Assembly (NCBI GenBank): GCA_965368815.1
Contig: CBDUOH010000002.1
Coordinates: forward strand, 15,090-79,089
Length of the DNA stretch: 64,000 bases
Origin: an uncultured Acidimicrobiia bacterium
Lineage (GTDB): Bacteria > Actinomycetota > Acidimicrobiia > Spongiisociales > UBA5794
Direction: 5' to 3'
The position numbers and the translations under genes are program-made. The notes beneath the pieces are model-generated. The model made no database searches. It was not told the DNA's origin and saw only the letters and a program-made list of their open reading frames with translations. Numbering within the stretch: position 1 is the first letter of the stretch; each line of letters opens with the position of its first letter. Below are positions 44,122 to 54,728 of this stretch, piece after piece.

Positions 44122-45054
44122 ATGGATCAGCCCACGCACGATCAGGGGTATCACACCCCGGTGATGGTCGACGAGACACTGTCCTGGCTCGCTCCGGCGG
44201 CCGAGGGATGGATCGTCGACGGCACCTTCGGTGGGGGAGGGCATAGCCGTGCTCTTCTCGACCGCTATCGGGACGTATCGATCATCGGCATCGACCGCGA
44301 TCCGGACGCTCTCGCCCAGGCCTTCGGTGACGATCGGCTCACCGTCGTTGCTGGGAACTACCGCGACATCGACGAAGTGCTCGGCTCGGCCGGGTTCCCT
44401 GAACTCGTTGAAGGGATCCTGCTCGATCTCGGGGTGTCGTCGCATCAACTCGATGTCGCGGACAGAGGTTTCTCCTACCACGCGGACGGTCCGCTCGACA
44501 TGCGCATGGACACGTCGGGTGGTCCGACCGCTGCGGATCTGGTCAACACCTCCGACGTCGCCGCACTCACGTCGATCTTCCAACGGTACGGCGAGGAGAA
44601 GTTCGCACGACGGATCGCGGCGGCCATCGTCGATCAGCGACCGTTCCGAACCACCTCGGAGCTGGTGTCATGCATCAGCGCCGCCGTCCCAGCGGCGGCG
44701 AGACGTGCGAAGCATCCGGCCCGTAGGGTTTTCCAGGCTCTTCGGATCGCGGTCAATGACGAATTGGCCGGTGTCGCCGATGTCATGGTCTCCGGGCCGA
44801 TGCATCTCGCTCCCGGCGGGAGGATGGTCGTGATGGCCTACCACTCCCTCGAGGATCGCATCGTCAAGCGGGCATTCGCTGATCTCGCCAGAGGGTGCAC
44901 CTGTCCACCCGATCTTCCGGCGTGCGCCTGCGGTGCTGATCCCGACTTCCGTGTTCTCACCCCCAAAGCTGTCAAGCCGTCGCCGGCTGAAGTTGCGTCC
45001 AATCCACGCGCGCGAAGCGCAGTACTCCGTGTTCTTGAAAGGAAGACCCCATGA
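44122..45054 (+). CDS. rsmH: 16S rRNA (cytosine1402-N4)-methyltransferase
   Basis: It has 'HTPVMVDETL', 'DGTFGGGGHSRALL' and 'LGVSSHQLD'. The start is chosen at 'MDQPTH'; the track ORF starts at 44062. Confidence 0.9.
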   Translation: MDQPTHDQGYHTPVMVDETLSWLAPAAEGWIVDGTFGGGGHSRALLDRYRDVSIIGIDRDPDALAQAFGDDRLTVVAGNYRDIDEVLGSAGFPELVEGILLDLGVSSHQLDVADRGFSYHADGPLDMRMDTSGGPTAADLVNTSDVAALTSIFQRYGEEKFARRIAAAIVDQRPFRTTSELVSCISAAVPAAARRAKHPARRVFQALRIAVNDELAGVADVMVSGPMHLAPGGRMVVMAYHSLEDRIVKRAFADLARGCTCPPDLPACACGADPDFRVLTPKAVKPSPAEVASNPRARSAVLRVLERKTP

Positions 45055-45452
45055 CAACCCAAGTTGCGCCACGGCTGCGCTCGAGAAGGTCCGCCCGTGA
45101 TGTCGCGGCCGTCGAGGCAGCGACACCACGGCTTTTCCCCCTGGCGTTCTTTGTGATCGCCGTCGTGGTGGTGTTCTTCCTCATGATCTACCTCAGGATC
45201 GCCCTCGACCGGTCGGCATTCGAACTCGACGCTGTGGAACGTCAGATCACCCTCGAGGAATCCCGCCAGCTCGATCTGCGGCTTGAGCTTGCGTCGCTCC
45301 AGGATCCGCTGAGAATCGCCACCGAGGCAACGAACATGGGGATGACCTATCCCGATGAACGCGTCCCCGTCATCGTCAACGGGCTCGACCCACAGATCGC
45401 CCCACCACTCATCGAGTCTCCGGTCAGAGCGCTTGAGGGCGCCCGACCCTGA
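45051..45452 (+). CDS. ftsL: Cell division protein FtsL (septum formation initiator family)
   Basis: It is a 133-aa bitopic protein with TM 'LFPLAFFVIAVVVVFFLMIYL' followed by a coiled coil. It lies between rsmH and ftsI. Confidence 0.7.
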   Translation: MTTQVAPRLRSRRSARDVAAVEAATPRLFPLAFFVIAVVVVFFLMIYLRIALDRSAFELDAVERQITLEESRQLDLRLELASLQDPLRIATEATNMGMTYPDERVPVIVNGLDPQIAPPLIESPVRALEGARP

Positions 45453-45546
45453 TCAACAACCGACGAGGACACAACATGACACAGACCGTGCCGAGCGCTG
45501 ACGGCGGGTCGCGAGCGGACCTTCGTGGCCGACTGGGGCCACCGTC

Positions 45547-47310
45547 GTGAACAAGAAATACATCTGGAAGCCCGGTGATCTTCGCCTGCTCATTGTCGGT
45601 CTGGCGTTCGTCGTCGTCTGGGGTCTGATCGGTTTCCGTCTGTTCGATCTCCAGGGCGCTCAAGCAGTCGAGCTTGCGACGGTCGGTTTCGAACAGCGGA
45701 TTGTCGAACAGGCGATCGTCCCTGCCCGGGGCACCATCTATGACCGCGATGGTGTCGAACTGGCGTTGACGATCGATGGTTGGAACGTGGTGGTCGATCC
45801 CTCGATGCTTGCCGATCCCATCGTCACCGCAAACGTTCTCGCTCCCTATGCCGATGACACGTACGACGATCTCGTCGCGATGCTCACCGATGGCCAGGCG
45901 AAGGGCTCGCGCTATGCCGAGATCGCCATGCGGGTCGACAACGCCCACAAGGCACAGGTCGAATCGGCGATCGCCGAGTACAACCTGACGGTCGATCGCA
46001 AGGATCGGATCACCGGCATCTTCTATCGGAGCCAACCATTGCGCACATATCCCGCAGGCTCGGTTGCATCCCAGGTCATCGGTCTGACCGCGTACGAGGA
46101 TGGAGCGGGTATCGAGGGCCTCGAGCTCACGTTCAATTCGGAGCTCGAGGGAGAACCCGGCCGACGCATCGTCGAGAAGGACCCGTCGGGCCGCGTCATT
46201 CCACAGGGTCAGGTACTCATCGAGCCTGCGACTCCCGGGTCCGACATCGTGACGACCATCGATCGAGAGATCCAGTTCGCCGCCGAGCAGGGCCTGACGA
46301 AGGCACTCCAGCAGACGGAGGCGATCGGTGGAGCCATCGTCGTGCTCGATGCCAAGACCAGCGCAATCCTCGCCATGGCGTCAAGCCCGGGACTCGACCT
46401 CAACGACCGTTCTCAGGTGACGCCCGAGGTACTGCGCAACCGCGCCGTTGCAGATGTCTATGAGCCCGGCTCGACCCTCAAACTCCTCACGATTGCCGCT
46501 GCCCTCGAGGAGGGCGTCGTGAACCCCGACACCCTCATCGATACACCGCCTGAGGTGGAGATCGGCGATTTCACCTACTCCGATTCGGGGCGGAACCCTT
46601 CGCAGATGACAGTCTCGGACGTCGTCGCCAAATCCTCGAACGTCGGCACGATCAGCATCGAGCAGCACCTCGGTGTGGAGAGGCACTACGACTACCTCAC
46701 GAAGTTCGGTCTCGGGCAGCGGACCGGCCTTGACGTTGCCGGCGAGCAGCACGGTTTGCTCCCGCCCCCGTCCCAGTGGACCCAGACGTCGGGCTCATCC
46801 ATCGCCATCGGGTATGCCGTGCACACGACTCCGCTCCAGATGGCGGCGGTGTACGCGACGGTTGCGAACGGGGGAGTGTGGACTGAACCCTATCTCGTCA
46901 AGGAGATCGTCCAGGCCGATGGAACGCGTATCGAGACCAGACCGCGATCACGCAGGATCCTGTCGGAAGAGACCGCACGGGAGGTCCGGACGATGCTCGG
47001 GAGGGTGATCGAAGTCGGCACCGGGTTCAGGGCCGAGTTGACGGACTACACATCCGGTGGCAAGACGGGGACGACGCGCAAGTTCGATGTCGAAGAGGGC
47101 GAGTACTCGAATGACACGTACGCGTCGTTCATCGGCATGGCGCCGCTGAACGATCCGAGCATCGTCGTTGCCATCGTGCTGGATTCACCGAAGGGCGAAA
47201 TGGCCGACGGAACCAGTCTGCGCGGAGGTGGCGCGGCAGCTGCACCCGTGTTCGCCGAGGTGGCACAGAACGCCCTTCATCAGCTTGGCGTAGCACCGGA
47301 TCGGGACTGA
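45547..47310 (+). CDS. ftsI: Peptidoglycan D,D-transpeptidase FtsI (class B PBP)
   Basis: It has an N-terminal TM and a PBP dimer domain. The transpeptidase motifs are 'STLKLL' (SxxK), 'SSN' and 'KTGT'. Confidence 0.9.
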   Translation: MNKKYIWKPGDLRLLIVGLAFVVVWGLIGFRLFDLQGAQAVELATVGFEQRIVEQAIVPARGTIYDRDGVELALTIDGWNVVVDPSMLADPIVTANVLAPYADDTYDDLVAMLTDGQAKGSRYAEIAMRVDNAHKAQVESAIAEYNLTVDRKDRITGIFYRSQPLRTYPAGSVASQVIGLTAYEDGAGIEGLELTFNSELEGEPGRRIVEKDPSGRVIPQGQVLIEPATPGSDIVTTIDREIQFAAEQGLTKALQQTEAIGGAIVVLDAKTSAILAMASSPGLDLNDRSQVTPEVLRNRAVADVYEPGSTLKLLTIAAALEEGVVNPDTLIDTPPEVEIGDFTYSDSGRNPSQMTVSDVVAKSSNVGTISIEQHLGVERHYDYLTKFGLGQRTGLDVAGEQHGLLPPPSQWTQTSGSSIAIGYAVHTTPLQMAAVYATVANGGVWTEPYLVKEIVQADGTRIETRPRSRRILSEETAREVRTMLGRVIEVGTGFRAELTDYTSGGKTGTTRKFDVEEGEYSNDTYASFIGMAPLNDPSIVVAIVLDSPKGEMADGTSLRGGGAAAAPVFAEVAQNALHQLGVAPDRD

Positions 47311-47311
47311 C

Positions 47312-48790
47312 ATGGGGGGCATGCGCACCTCGCTCGCCGCCCTCGCCTCGAGTGTCCCCGGCGTCCTGACGGTTGACGACGCCGACGTCGAGATCTTCGA
47401 TGTCACGCACGACTCGACCACAGCGGGGCCTGGGGTCATCTTCGTGGCCATTCCGGGAAAGCGGGTCGACGGACACACGTTCGTCGGATCGGCTGCATCG
47501 CTTGGAACCCCTGCCGTGATGGTCGAGCACCGGTGTGATGTCGACATCCCACAGATCGTTGTGGCTGACTCGCGTGCGGCGATGGCTCATCTCGCCCGCA
47601 CTGTCCACGGATCTCCCGACGCGGCGATGACGGTCGTCGGGGTCACAGGGACCAACGGCAAGACCACGGTGACGGCGATGTGTGAGGCCGTGCTGACGTA
47701 CACCGGACGTCGCGTCGGGGTCATCGGGACGCTCGGGACCAGGATCAATGGCGAACCTGCACCGCTCGAACGGACCACGCCCGAGAGCACCGACCTGCAA
47801 CGACTCCTGGCAACGATGCGACGAGCGGGTGTCGAGACCGTGGTCATGGAGGTGTCGTCGCATGCGATGGCTCTCCATCGGGCCGATGCCATCCGCTTCG
47901 AGGTAGCCGCCTTCACGAATCTGTCACAGGACCATCTCGACTTCCACGGCGACATGGACACGTACTACAGCGAGAAACGGAAGCTGTTCGATGCAGGGCG
48001 CGCTGAGCACGCCGTCGTGAACATCGCGGACCCTGCCGGTCGCCGGCTTGTCGACGACATCGAGATTCCGCGCACGACGGTGTCTGTCGGGGAGGGAGCC
48101 GACATCGTCGGACGCATCGTGGAACAAGATGCATCGTCGAGTGTCTTCTCGGTCGCCGAGGCAGGTGTCGACAGCGTCGATGTAACGCTCCCCGTTCCGG
48201 GATGGTTCAATGTCGCCAATGCGATGGTCGCCTACGGTGCATGCCGCCAGCTGGGCGTCGAGCCCTCCGAGATAGCTGCCGGGCTGGGCACGCTCGAAGT
48301 CGTCGCCGGCAGGATGCAGCTCGTCGAGCCGGATGCCGACGTCGCGGTCGTTGTCGACTACGCACACACACCTGCAGCCGTCGGTACCGTCGTCGAGGCG
48401 GCCCGCCAGATGACGGACGGCAGGGTGATCGTCATCATCGGGGCGGGGGGTGATCGTGACTGGGAGAAGCGTCCCCACATGGGCGCGGCGGCATCCTCGC
48501 ACGCCGATGTGACCATCGTGACAACGGACAACCCTCGGTCGGAGGACCCACGAACCATCGCGGCCGCCGTCGAAGCAGGGGCATCGTCGGTTCCCGGCGC
48601 CCACGTGCGCACCATTCTCGACCGTCGCGAAGCGATCAGGGTCGGTGTCCTCGGTGCTCTCCCGGGGGATCTCGTTCTGATCCTCGGGAAGGGCCATGAG
48701 CGTGGTCAGGAGATCGATGGGGAGAAGCTGCCGTTCGATGATGTCGCCGAAGCGCGTGCATCACTTGCTGCGAGGGAGCATGCAACATGA
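47312..48790 (+). CDS. murE: UDP-N-acetylmuramoyl-L-alanyl-D-glutamate--2,6-diaminopimelate ligase
   Basis: It has the Mur ligase fold with P-loop 'GVTGTNGKTT' and the DAP-specific 'DNPR' motif. Confidence 0.9.
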   Translation: MGGMRTSLAALASSVPGVLTVDDADVEIFDVTHDSTTAGPGVIFVAIPGKRVDGHTFVGSAASLGTPAVMVEHRCDVDIPQIVVADSRAAMAHLARTVHGSPDAAMTVVGVTGTNGKTTVTAMCEAVLTYTGRRVGVIGTLGTRINGEPAPLERTTPESTDLQRLLATMRRAGVETVVMEVSSHAMALHRADAIRFEVAAFTNLSQDHLDFHGDMDTYYSEKRKLFDAGRAEHAVVNIADPAGRRLVDDIEIPRTTVSVGEGADIVGRIVEQDASSSVFSVAEAGVDSVDVTLPVPGWFNVANAMVAYGACRQLGVEPSEIAAGLGTLEVVAGRMQLVEPDADVAVVVDYAHTPAAVGTVVEAARQMTDGRVIVIIGAGGDRDWEKRPHMGAAASSHADVTIVTTDNPRSEDPRTIAAAVEAGASSVPGAHVRTILDRREAIRVGVLGALPGDLVLILGKGHERGQEIDGEKLPFDDVAEARASLAAREHAT

Positions 48791-50139
48791 CGGTGCTGCT
48801 CGGTTGGACCGTCACATCGATTGCCGATCAACTCGGTGGTGTGTTGGTTGATTCCGATTCGTCGCCCGTCGCCGAGTTGCCGATCTCCGGTGTCTCGATC
48901 GACAGCCGTCAACTCGAGGCCGGTGACCTCTTCGTGGCCATCACGGGCGAACGATTCGATGGGCACACATTCGCCGGTGATGCGCTTGCGGCGGGCGCCC
49001 GCGCTGTGGTCGTTGAGAAGGGACGATCGCATGTGGTCCCACGGATCGAGGTCGCGGACACGTCCACAGCCTTGCGCGATCTGGCGTCGCGCCGCCGATC
49101 CGAGTTGACGATGCCGGTCGTGGCGATCACCGGTTCGACGGGCAAGACAACGACCAAGGATCTGATTCACGCGGGGATCGATGGCTCATGGGCATCGCCC
49201 CGGTCATACAACAACGAGGTCGGGGTCCCGCTGACCGTGCTGGGCACACCCCAGGACGCGACCGCTTTGGTGCTCGAAGTCGGGTCTCGCGGCAAGGGGC
49301 ACATCCGTTGGCTGGCTGATGTGATCCGGCCCGATGTATCGGTGGTCACGAATCTCGGCGTCGTCCATCTTGCAACGTTCGGGTCGACGAGCGGCCTGGC
49401 GGACGCCAAGTACGAGATCGTAGAACTCCTCGGCTCCGACGGCGTCGCTGTCGTTCCAGCTGATGAGCCGAGGCTCGACAGGCCCGACGACATCGCACGA
49501 ATCACGTTCGGCTCCTCGGCCGCTGCCGATGTCTGGCACAGGGACCTGACCATGGATGCCGATGGACGCCCATCGTTCACCATCGAGACCGGATCGGCGT
49601 CGTTGGGCGTTTCACTGTCGCTTGCCGGGGCCCATCAGGCTGCCAACGCTGCTGCGGCAACAGCGGTTGCCCGTGCGCTCGGCATCGAACCCGAACCGTT
49701 CATTCGCCGAATGGAGGTCGCCACCGGTTCGGACTGGCGGATGGAGGTGCACCGCGGCCCGGTCACCGTGGTGAACGACGCGTACAACGCGAACCCGCAA
49801 TCGATGGCCAGCGCCCTCACCACGGTCGCCGGGATGGGCGGTCGTGCCATCGCCGTCATCGGCGTGATGGCCGAGCTGGGATCCGTATGCCAGGCCGAAC
49901 ATCGCCGCATGGGTCAACTGGCGGCCGAGCTGGGGTTCGCGTCGGTGATCGTGGTAGGTGAGGATCACGGATACGCTCTCGGTGCTCCCGGTCTCGTGGT
50001 ACAAACCGCCGGTTTCGAGGACGCCATGCGTACGCTCGATGACACCGTGCAACCAGGGGATGTCGTATTGGTGAAAGCATCGCGTTCTGCAGGCCTTGAG
50101 CAACTCGCCGCCAAGCTCATCAAGGAATACACGCTGTGA
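48787..50139 (+). CDS. murF: UDP-N-acetylmuramoyl-tripeptide--D-alanyl-D-alanine ligase
   Basis: It has the Mur ligase P-loop 'AITGSTGKTTTKD', and its start overlaps the murE stop. Confidence 0.9.
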   Translation: MTVLLGWTVTSIADQLGGVLVDSDSSPVAELPISGVSIDSRQLEAGDLFVAITGERFDGHTFAGDALAAGARAVVVEKGRSHVVPRIEVADTSTALRDLASRRRSELTMPVVAITGSTGKTTTKDLIHAGIDGSWASPRSYNNEVGVPLTVLGTPQDATALVLEVGSRGKGHIRWLADVIRPDVSVVTNLGVVHLATFGSTSGLADAKYEIVELLGSDGVAVVPADEPRLDRPDDIARITFGSSAAADVWHRDLTMDADGRPSFTIETGSASLGVSLSLAGAHQAANAAAATAVARALGIEPEPFIRRMEVATGSDWRMEVHRGPVTVVNDAYNANPQSMASALTTVAGMGGRAIAVIGVMAELGSVCQAEHRRMGQLAAELGFASVIVVGEDHGYALGAPGLVVQTAGFEDAMRTLDDTVQPGDVVLVKASRSAGLEQLAAKLIKEYTL

Positions 50140-51194
50140 TCTCGCTTCTCATCTCCTCGACGATCTCGTTCATCCTTGTGATCTTTCTGACGCCGATTGC
50201 CATCAAGGCGCTGCGGCGGAACAACATCGGTCAGTTCATCCAGACCGAGCTCGAGGGGCATCTGCACAAGCAGGGCGTTCCGACGATGGGTGGGATCGTC
50301 ATCGTCCTCGGCATCGTGTTCGGTTATGTCACGTCACACTTCAAGATCTTCAGCTTCGAGGATGGGTTCGGGTTCTCGATGCAGTCGATGGACGAAAAGA
50401 CGCTGCTTGCGATTCTTGCCGTGGTCGGCATGGCGCTCGTCGGGTTCCTCGACGACTTCGTGAAGTACGCCCGAAAGCGCAACGAGGGTCTTTCGAAGCG
50501 ATGGAAGTTTCTCGGTCAGTTGCTGATCGCCGGTGTGTTCGCATGGGGTGCCAACAATGCAGGTGTGAGCACCGAACTGTCGTTCGTGAGGCCGCTGGGC
50601 ATCGATCTGGGACCCATCCTGTTCTTCCTGCTCGTGCTGTTCATGCTCACGGCCACGGCCAACGGCGTCAACCTCACCGATGGCCTCGATGGCCTTGTGG
50701 CCGGGTCGAGTGCGCTCGTGTTCGGTGCCTTCGTCCTGATGGCCTACTGGCAGTCGAGGAATCCTGACTTCTACGGCATCGAAGGTGCCCAGGATTTGGC
50801 GGTGCTTGCCGCCGCGGCGCTTGGTGGCGTGCTGGCGTTCCTGTGGTGGAACGCCGCGCCCGCACAGATAATCATGGGTGACACGGGGTCGCACGCCATC
50901 GGTGGCGCCATCGCAGCCTTCGCCCTGCTCACGAACACCCAGTTCTTGTTGATCATCCTCGGCGGGCTCTATGTGATGGAAACGGTGTCGGTCATCATGC
51001 AGGTGATCTCGTTCCGCGGGTTCGGACGTCGCGTGTTCCGCATGACCCCCATCCACCATCACTTCGAGCTCAAGGGCTGGCCGGAGACCACGGTGATAAT
51101 CCGATTCTGGATCCTGTCGGCGATCATGGTCGCCATCGGTGTCGGGATCTTCTATGCCGACTGGGTTTCGGGTCCCGGCTCGATCGTGCAATGA
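50136..51194 (+). CDS. mraY: Phospho-N-acetylmuramoyl-pentapeptide transferase
   Basis: It is a 10-TM protein with 'NLTDGLDGL' and the 'HHHFE' motif. Confidence 0.95.
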   Translation: MISLLISSTISFILVIFLTPIAIKALRRNNIGQFIQTELEGHLHKQGVPTMGGIVIVLGIVFGYVTSHFKIFSFEDGFGFSMQSMDEKTLLAILAVVGMALVGFLDDFVKYARKRNEGLSKRWKFLGQLLIAGVFAWGANNAGVSTELSFVRPLGIDLGPILFFLLVLFMLTATANGVNLTDGLDGLVAGSSALVFGAFVLMAYWQSRNPDFYGIEGAQDLAVLAAAALGGVLAFLWWNAAPAQIIMGDTGSHAIGGAIAAFALLTNTQFLLIILGGLYVMETVSVIMQVISFRGFGRRVFRMTPIHHHFELKGWPETTVIIRFWILSAIMVAIGVGIFYADWVSGPGSIVQ

Positions 51195-52474
51195 GACTCC
51201 TCGTCCTCGGCGCAGGCATCAGCGGTCTGGCCGTGGCACGCAACGCACTCGCACGTGGGTTTCAGGTGGTGTGCTACGACGCCAACGACGTCGGTCTTCC
51301 TGAGGGACTCTCCGGAGTCGTGATGGTCACCGGGCAGTGGCGGGACAGCTATCTCGATGACACCGACCTGGTCGTGGCGAGCCCGGGATTCCCGCCGTCG
51401 TCGCCTCCGCTGCGGGCTGCCGTGGCTGCTGGCCGGACGATCATGTCCGAGGCACAGTACGGGCTCGATCAACTCCACGGGGCGGTTGTCGGGGTCACCG
51501 GCACCAACGGCAAGTCCACCGTGACCGACGTCACCGCCCGCATGCTTGTGGCGTCCGGTATCGATGCCATCGCCGCCGGCAACATCGGGCGTTCCCTCAC
51601 CGAGATCGTGGCACTCGACCCCGATGTCGTGGTTGCCGAGCTGTCATCGTTCCAGTTGCATCTCATGGACGTCTCGCCGAAGGCGGCCACGATCCTGAAC
51701 ATCGCCCCGGATCACCTCGATTGGCATGGGTCGCACGAGGCATACGTGGCAGCAAAGGCATCGATCGCCGATCACATGGGCGCCGATGACCTGTTCGTCG
51801 CCAATGCCGACGACCCTGTCGTCACCGATATCGCTGCGGGTGTCCAGGCCCGTGTGGTCATGGTGTCGGGACTGGGGTTGCCCGAGAGGGGTAACGGCGT
51901 CGACGGCGACGACCTGATCGTGGGTGGCGTGCGCTATCGGGCTCCGACCGATGATGCGTCCTACCGGTTCGACCTCGTCGTCGCGGCGACGCTTGCCTCA
52001 CATCTGGGTGCCCACCCGGATGCGATGGCCTCGGTGATGGCTGACTTCACCCCGGGGGAGCATCGACGCAACACGGTCGCGATCGTCGATGGCGTCCGGT
52101 GGATCAATGATTCCAAGGGAACGAATCCGCACGCGGCTGTCGCAGCTGCATCAGCCTATGAACGGGTTCACCTGCTCGCCGGCGGACGCAACAAGGCTGT
52201 CGACCTCGCTCCCATCGGCTCGGTACCGACCGTCGTGCAGGTCTACGCCTTCGGTGAGGCAGGTGAAGAGATCGCTGCCAGCGCCACGAGGCCGGTGTCG
52301 GTCCACGCCACGATGCACGACGCGATGATCGCTGCTCGTGCCGCTGCCACCTCCGGTGACGTCGTCCTGCTCTCCCCGGGATGCACCAGTTTTGACGAGT
52401 TCACCTCCTACGCTGAGCGCGGAACCAGGTTCGCCGAGATCGTCAAGGACATGGAAGGTGGTGATGGGTCGTGA
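51191..52474 (+). CDS. murD: UDP-N-acetylmuramoylalanine--D-glutamate ligase
   Basis: It has an N-terminal Rossmann 'LVLGAGISGLAVAR' and Mur ligase P-loop 'GVTGTNGKST'. Confidence 0.9.
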   Translation: MRLLVLGAGISGLAVARNALARGFQVVCYDANDVGLPEGLSGVVMVTGQWRDSYLDDTDLVVASPGFPPSSPPLRAAVAAGRTIMSEAQYGLDQLHGAVVGVTGTNGKSTVTDVTARMLVASGIDAIAAGNIGRSLTEIVALDPDVVVAELSSFQLHLMDVSPKAATILNIAPDHLDWHGSHEAYVAAKASIADHMGADDLFVANADDPVVTDIAAGVQARVVMVSGLGLPERGNGVDGDDLIVGGVRYRAPTDDASYRFDLVVAATLASHLGAHPDAMASVMADFTPGEHRRNTVAIVDGVRWINDSKGTNPHAAVAAASAYERVHLLAGGRNKAVDLAPIGSVPTVVQVYAFGEAGEEIAASATRPVSVHATMHDAMIAARAAATSGDVVLLSPGCTSFDEFTSYAERGTRFAEIVKDMEGGDGS

Positions 52475-53649
52475 CGAATGTTGCCACGCGACGCATTGCA
52501 CCTGTCCGCGAACGGACCAAGGCGGTGACGAGATCCTCGGGAGGCCGTCGGTCGGTGTTCCTGCTCGTGATCGTCGCGATGCTCCTGACCATCGGTCTCG
52601 GCGCGATGCTGAGCGCTTCATCGGTCGTATCGCTCAAGGCCGACGGCGGTCAGTTCGAACTGTTCACGAAACAGGTCATGTGGGTCGGTCTGGGTCTTGC
52701 CGCCATGGTGGTGACGGCATTCGTTCCCTATCGGCTGTGGCAGAAGTACGCGTTCGTGATGTTCCTCGCCACGATTCTGGGTCTCATCGTCACATCGGCG
52801 ATCGGATCGACCCGTGGTGGGGCGGCACGATGGATCGTGGTCGGGCCAATCACCATCCAGGTCGCGGAGTTCGCGAAGTTCAGCTCCATGGCACTCCTTG
52901 CTGCCGTGCTCACGAAAAAGGACGTGTTGCTCCGTGATATCCGGCACGTCATCGTTCCGGTCTCCGCCATCCTCGGTTCGGTGTCGTTCCTCCTGCTCAC
53001 GCAACCGGACTTCGGCAATGTCCTCCTGATCGTCGGTCCGGCGTTCGTGATGCTGTTCGTGTCGAAGGTCCCCCTTCGGTTCGTTTTCGGACTCGGTCTG
53101 ATTGGTGCTGGTCTGATGGCGGTGATCGCCATGTCCGCCGAGTATCGGAAGGACCGGCTCCTCGGTTTCCTCGATCCGTTCTCCGATGCGCGCGACACCG
53201 GTCTCCAGGCGGTGCAGTCGATGGTCGCACTCGGTACCGGGGGTTTGTTCGGTGTCGGGCTCGGCCAATCGAGAGCGCGGTGGTCGTGGCTGCCCAACGC
53301 CCACACCGACTTCATCTTCGCGATCATCGGAGAGGAAACCGGCTTCGCCGGTGCGACGATCGTGATCACGCTGTTTGCGCTCCTCGCGATCGTGGGCGTA
53401 TCGATCGCCTACCGCGCACCCGACATGTTCGGACGCCTGTTTGCGATCGGCATCGTCGGATGGCTCACGATCCAGGCGATCGTCAATATCGGTGGCGTCG
53501 TTGCGGTGCTGCCGATCACCGGCGTCCCGCTCCCGTTCATCTCGAGCGGAGGGAACGCCATGCTGGTGAACCTCGCTGCCATCGGAGTGCTCATCAACAT
53601 AACCCGTTCGACACGCGCCGCGGGCCGAGTCGAGACCAGGACGAAGTGA
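52471..53649 (+). CDS. ftsW: Peptidoglycan glycosyltransferase FtsW (SEDS family)
   Basis: It has 10 TM helices and the SEDS signature 'PDFG' and 'HTDFIFA'. Confidence 0.9.
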   Translation: MTNVATRRIAPVRERTKAVTRSSGGRRSVFLLVIVAMLLTIGLGAMLSASSVVSLKADGGQFELFTKQVMWVGLGLAAMVVTAFVPYRLWQKYAFVMFLATILGLIVTSAIGSTRGGAARWIVVGPITIQVAEFAKFSSMALLAAVLTKKDVLLRDIRHVIVPVSAILGSVSFLLLTQPDFGNVLLIVGPAFVMLFVSKVPLRFVFGLGLIGAGLMAVIAMSAEYRKDRLLGFLDPFSDARDTGLQAVQSMVALGTGGLFGVGLGQSRARWSWLPNAHTDFIFAIIGEETGFAGATIVITLFALLAIVGVSIAYRAPDMFGRLFAIGIVGWLTIQAIVNIGGVVAVLPITGVPLPFISSGGNAMLVNLAAIGVLINITRSTRAAGRVETRTK

Positions 53650-54728
53650 TGCGCATCGGAATTGCCGCTGCCGGCTCGGGTGGCCATGTGTTTCCCGCGC
53701 TCGCCGTGGCGGAAGCACTCGAGGCACACGGCATCCACAAGGACGACATCGTGTTCTTCGGCGGGAACCGTATGGAGGCAACGACGATCCCACGAGCCGG
53801 GTATCGATTCGTGGGTGTGAACATCCACGGGATCCGTCGGTCGCTGTCGATGGACAACGTGCGGTTGCCGGCGAAGGTGCGTTCGGCTTCCAGGGCGATC
53901 CGATTCGAGATCGCGAGCTCCGGCATTGACGCGATGATCGTCTTCGGGGGCTATGTGGCCGGTCCCGCTGCCCTGGCCGCCCGCAAGGCAGGGATACCGC
54001 TCGTGGTCCACGAAGCCAATGCCGTCCCGGGGATGGCGAACCGGCTGGTCGCCGGTCGCGCTGACCTGGTGCTTGTTGCATTCGAGCAGGCACTCGCGAA
54101 GCTCCGGCGAGGCGTCGTTGTCGGGAACCCGCTGCGGCAGGCCTTCGAGCATTTCGACCGTATCGCGCGTCGCGGTCCTGCGCGAGATCGGTACGGTCTT
54201 TCACCGACAGGGCCGGTCCTCGGTGTCGTCGGCGGATCGCTCGGTGCAGCGGCACTCAATGAGATGGCAACTGCGATCGCCGCAATCGAGTCTCGCTCGT
54301 TCGAGATCCTGCACCTGTGCGGCCCGACGCACGCGGACTCGTTGCTTGCTGCGTCGGCAGATGTCCCCGGGTGGATCGTCCAACCGTTCGAGGATGACAT
54401 GCCTGACTTCTATGCCGCCATCGATCTCGTCGTGTCGAGAGCAGGGGCCATCACGATTGCAGAGATCGAGGAGACCGCGACACCGGCGATCGTCGTCCCA
54501 CTGCCTGCAGGTCAGGGCTACCAGGCAGCCAATGCCGCTGAACTCGTCGACAGCGGCGGAGCCGTCGTCATGAGCCAGGATGACATGCCGGCCATCATCG
54601 ACCGCGTGCTCGCCCTCATGGAAGATGCAAACGCTCGAAAGCTGATGGCGGAGCGCGCCGGTGGGACGGGTCATCGTCGCGCCGCTTCTACCGTTGCCTC
54701 CCGAACGTTGGAGCTCATCGATGCCTGA
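53649..54728 (+). CDS. murG: UDP-N-acetylglucosamine--N-acetylmuramyl-(pentapeptide) pyrophosphoryl-undecaprenol N-acetylglucosamine transferase
   Basis: The N-terminus is 'MRIGIAAAGSGGHVFPALAVAEAL', and it has a GT28 C-terminal domain. The real start is a TGATG overlap with ftsW. The track ORF has a 5' extension from 53280. Confidence 0.9.
   Translation: MRIGIAAAGSGGHVFPALAVAEALEAHGIHKDDIVFFGGNRMEATTIPRAGYRFVGVNIHGIRRSLSMDNVRLPAKVRSASRAIRFEIASSGIDAMIVFGGYVAGPAALAARKAGIPLVVHEANAVPGMANRLVAGRADLVLVAFEQALAKLRRGVVVGNPLRQAFEHFDRIARRGPARDRYGLSPTGPVLGVVGGSLGAAALNEMATAIAAIESRSFEILHLCGPTHADSLLAASADVPGWIVQPFEDDMPDFYAAIDLVVSRAGAITIAEIEETATPAIVVPLPAGQGYQAANAAELVDSGGAVVMSQDDMPAIIDRVLALMEDANARKLMAERAGGTGHRRAASTVASRTLELIDA

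Noticed and set aside
45476-45550. A 24-codon mini-ORF (MTQTVPSADGGSRADLRGRLGPPS) between ftsL and ftsI, overlapping the ftsI GTG start.
   Set aside because: It has no RBS, is in a different frame from ftsI, and shows no amino-acid bias suggesting a leader peptide. It is probably fortuitous.
52618-54255. A 545-aa minus-strand ORF antisense to ftsW/murG.
   Set aside because: The overlapping plus-strand genes are unambiguous FtsW (SEDS motifs) and MurG. The minus frame is Arg/His/Asp-rich nonsense.
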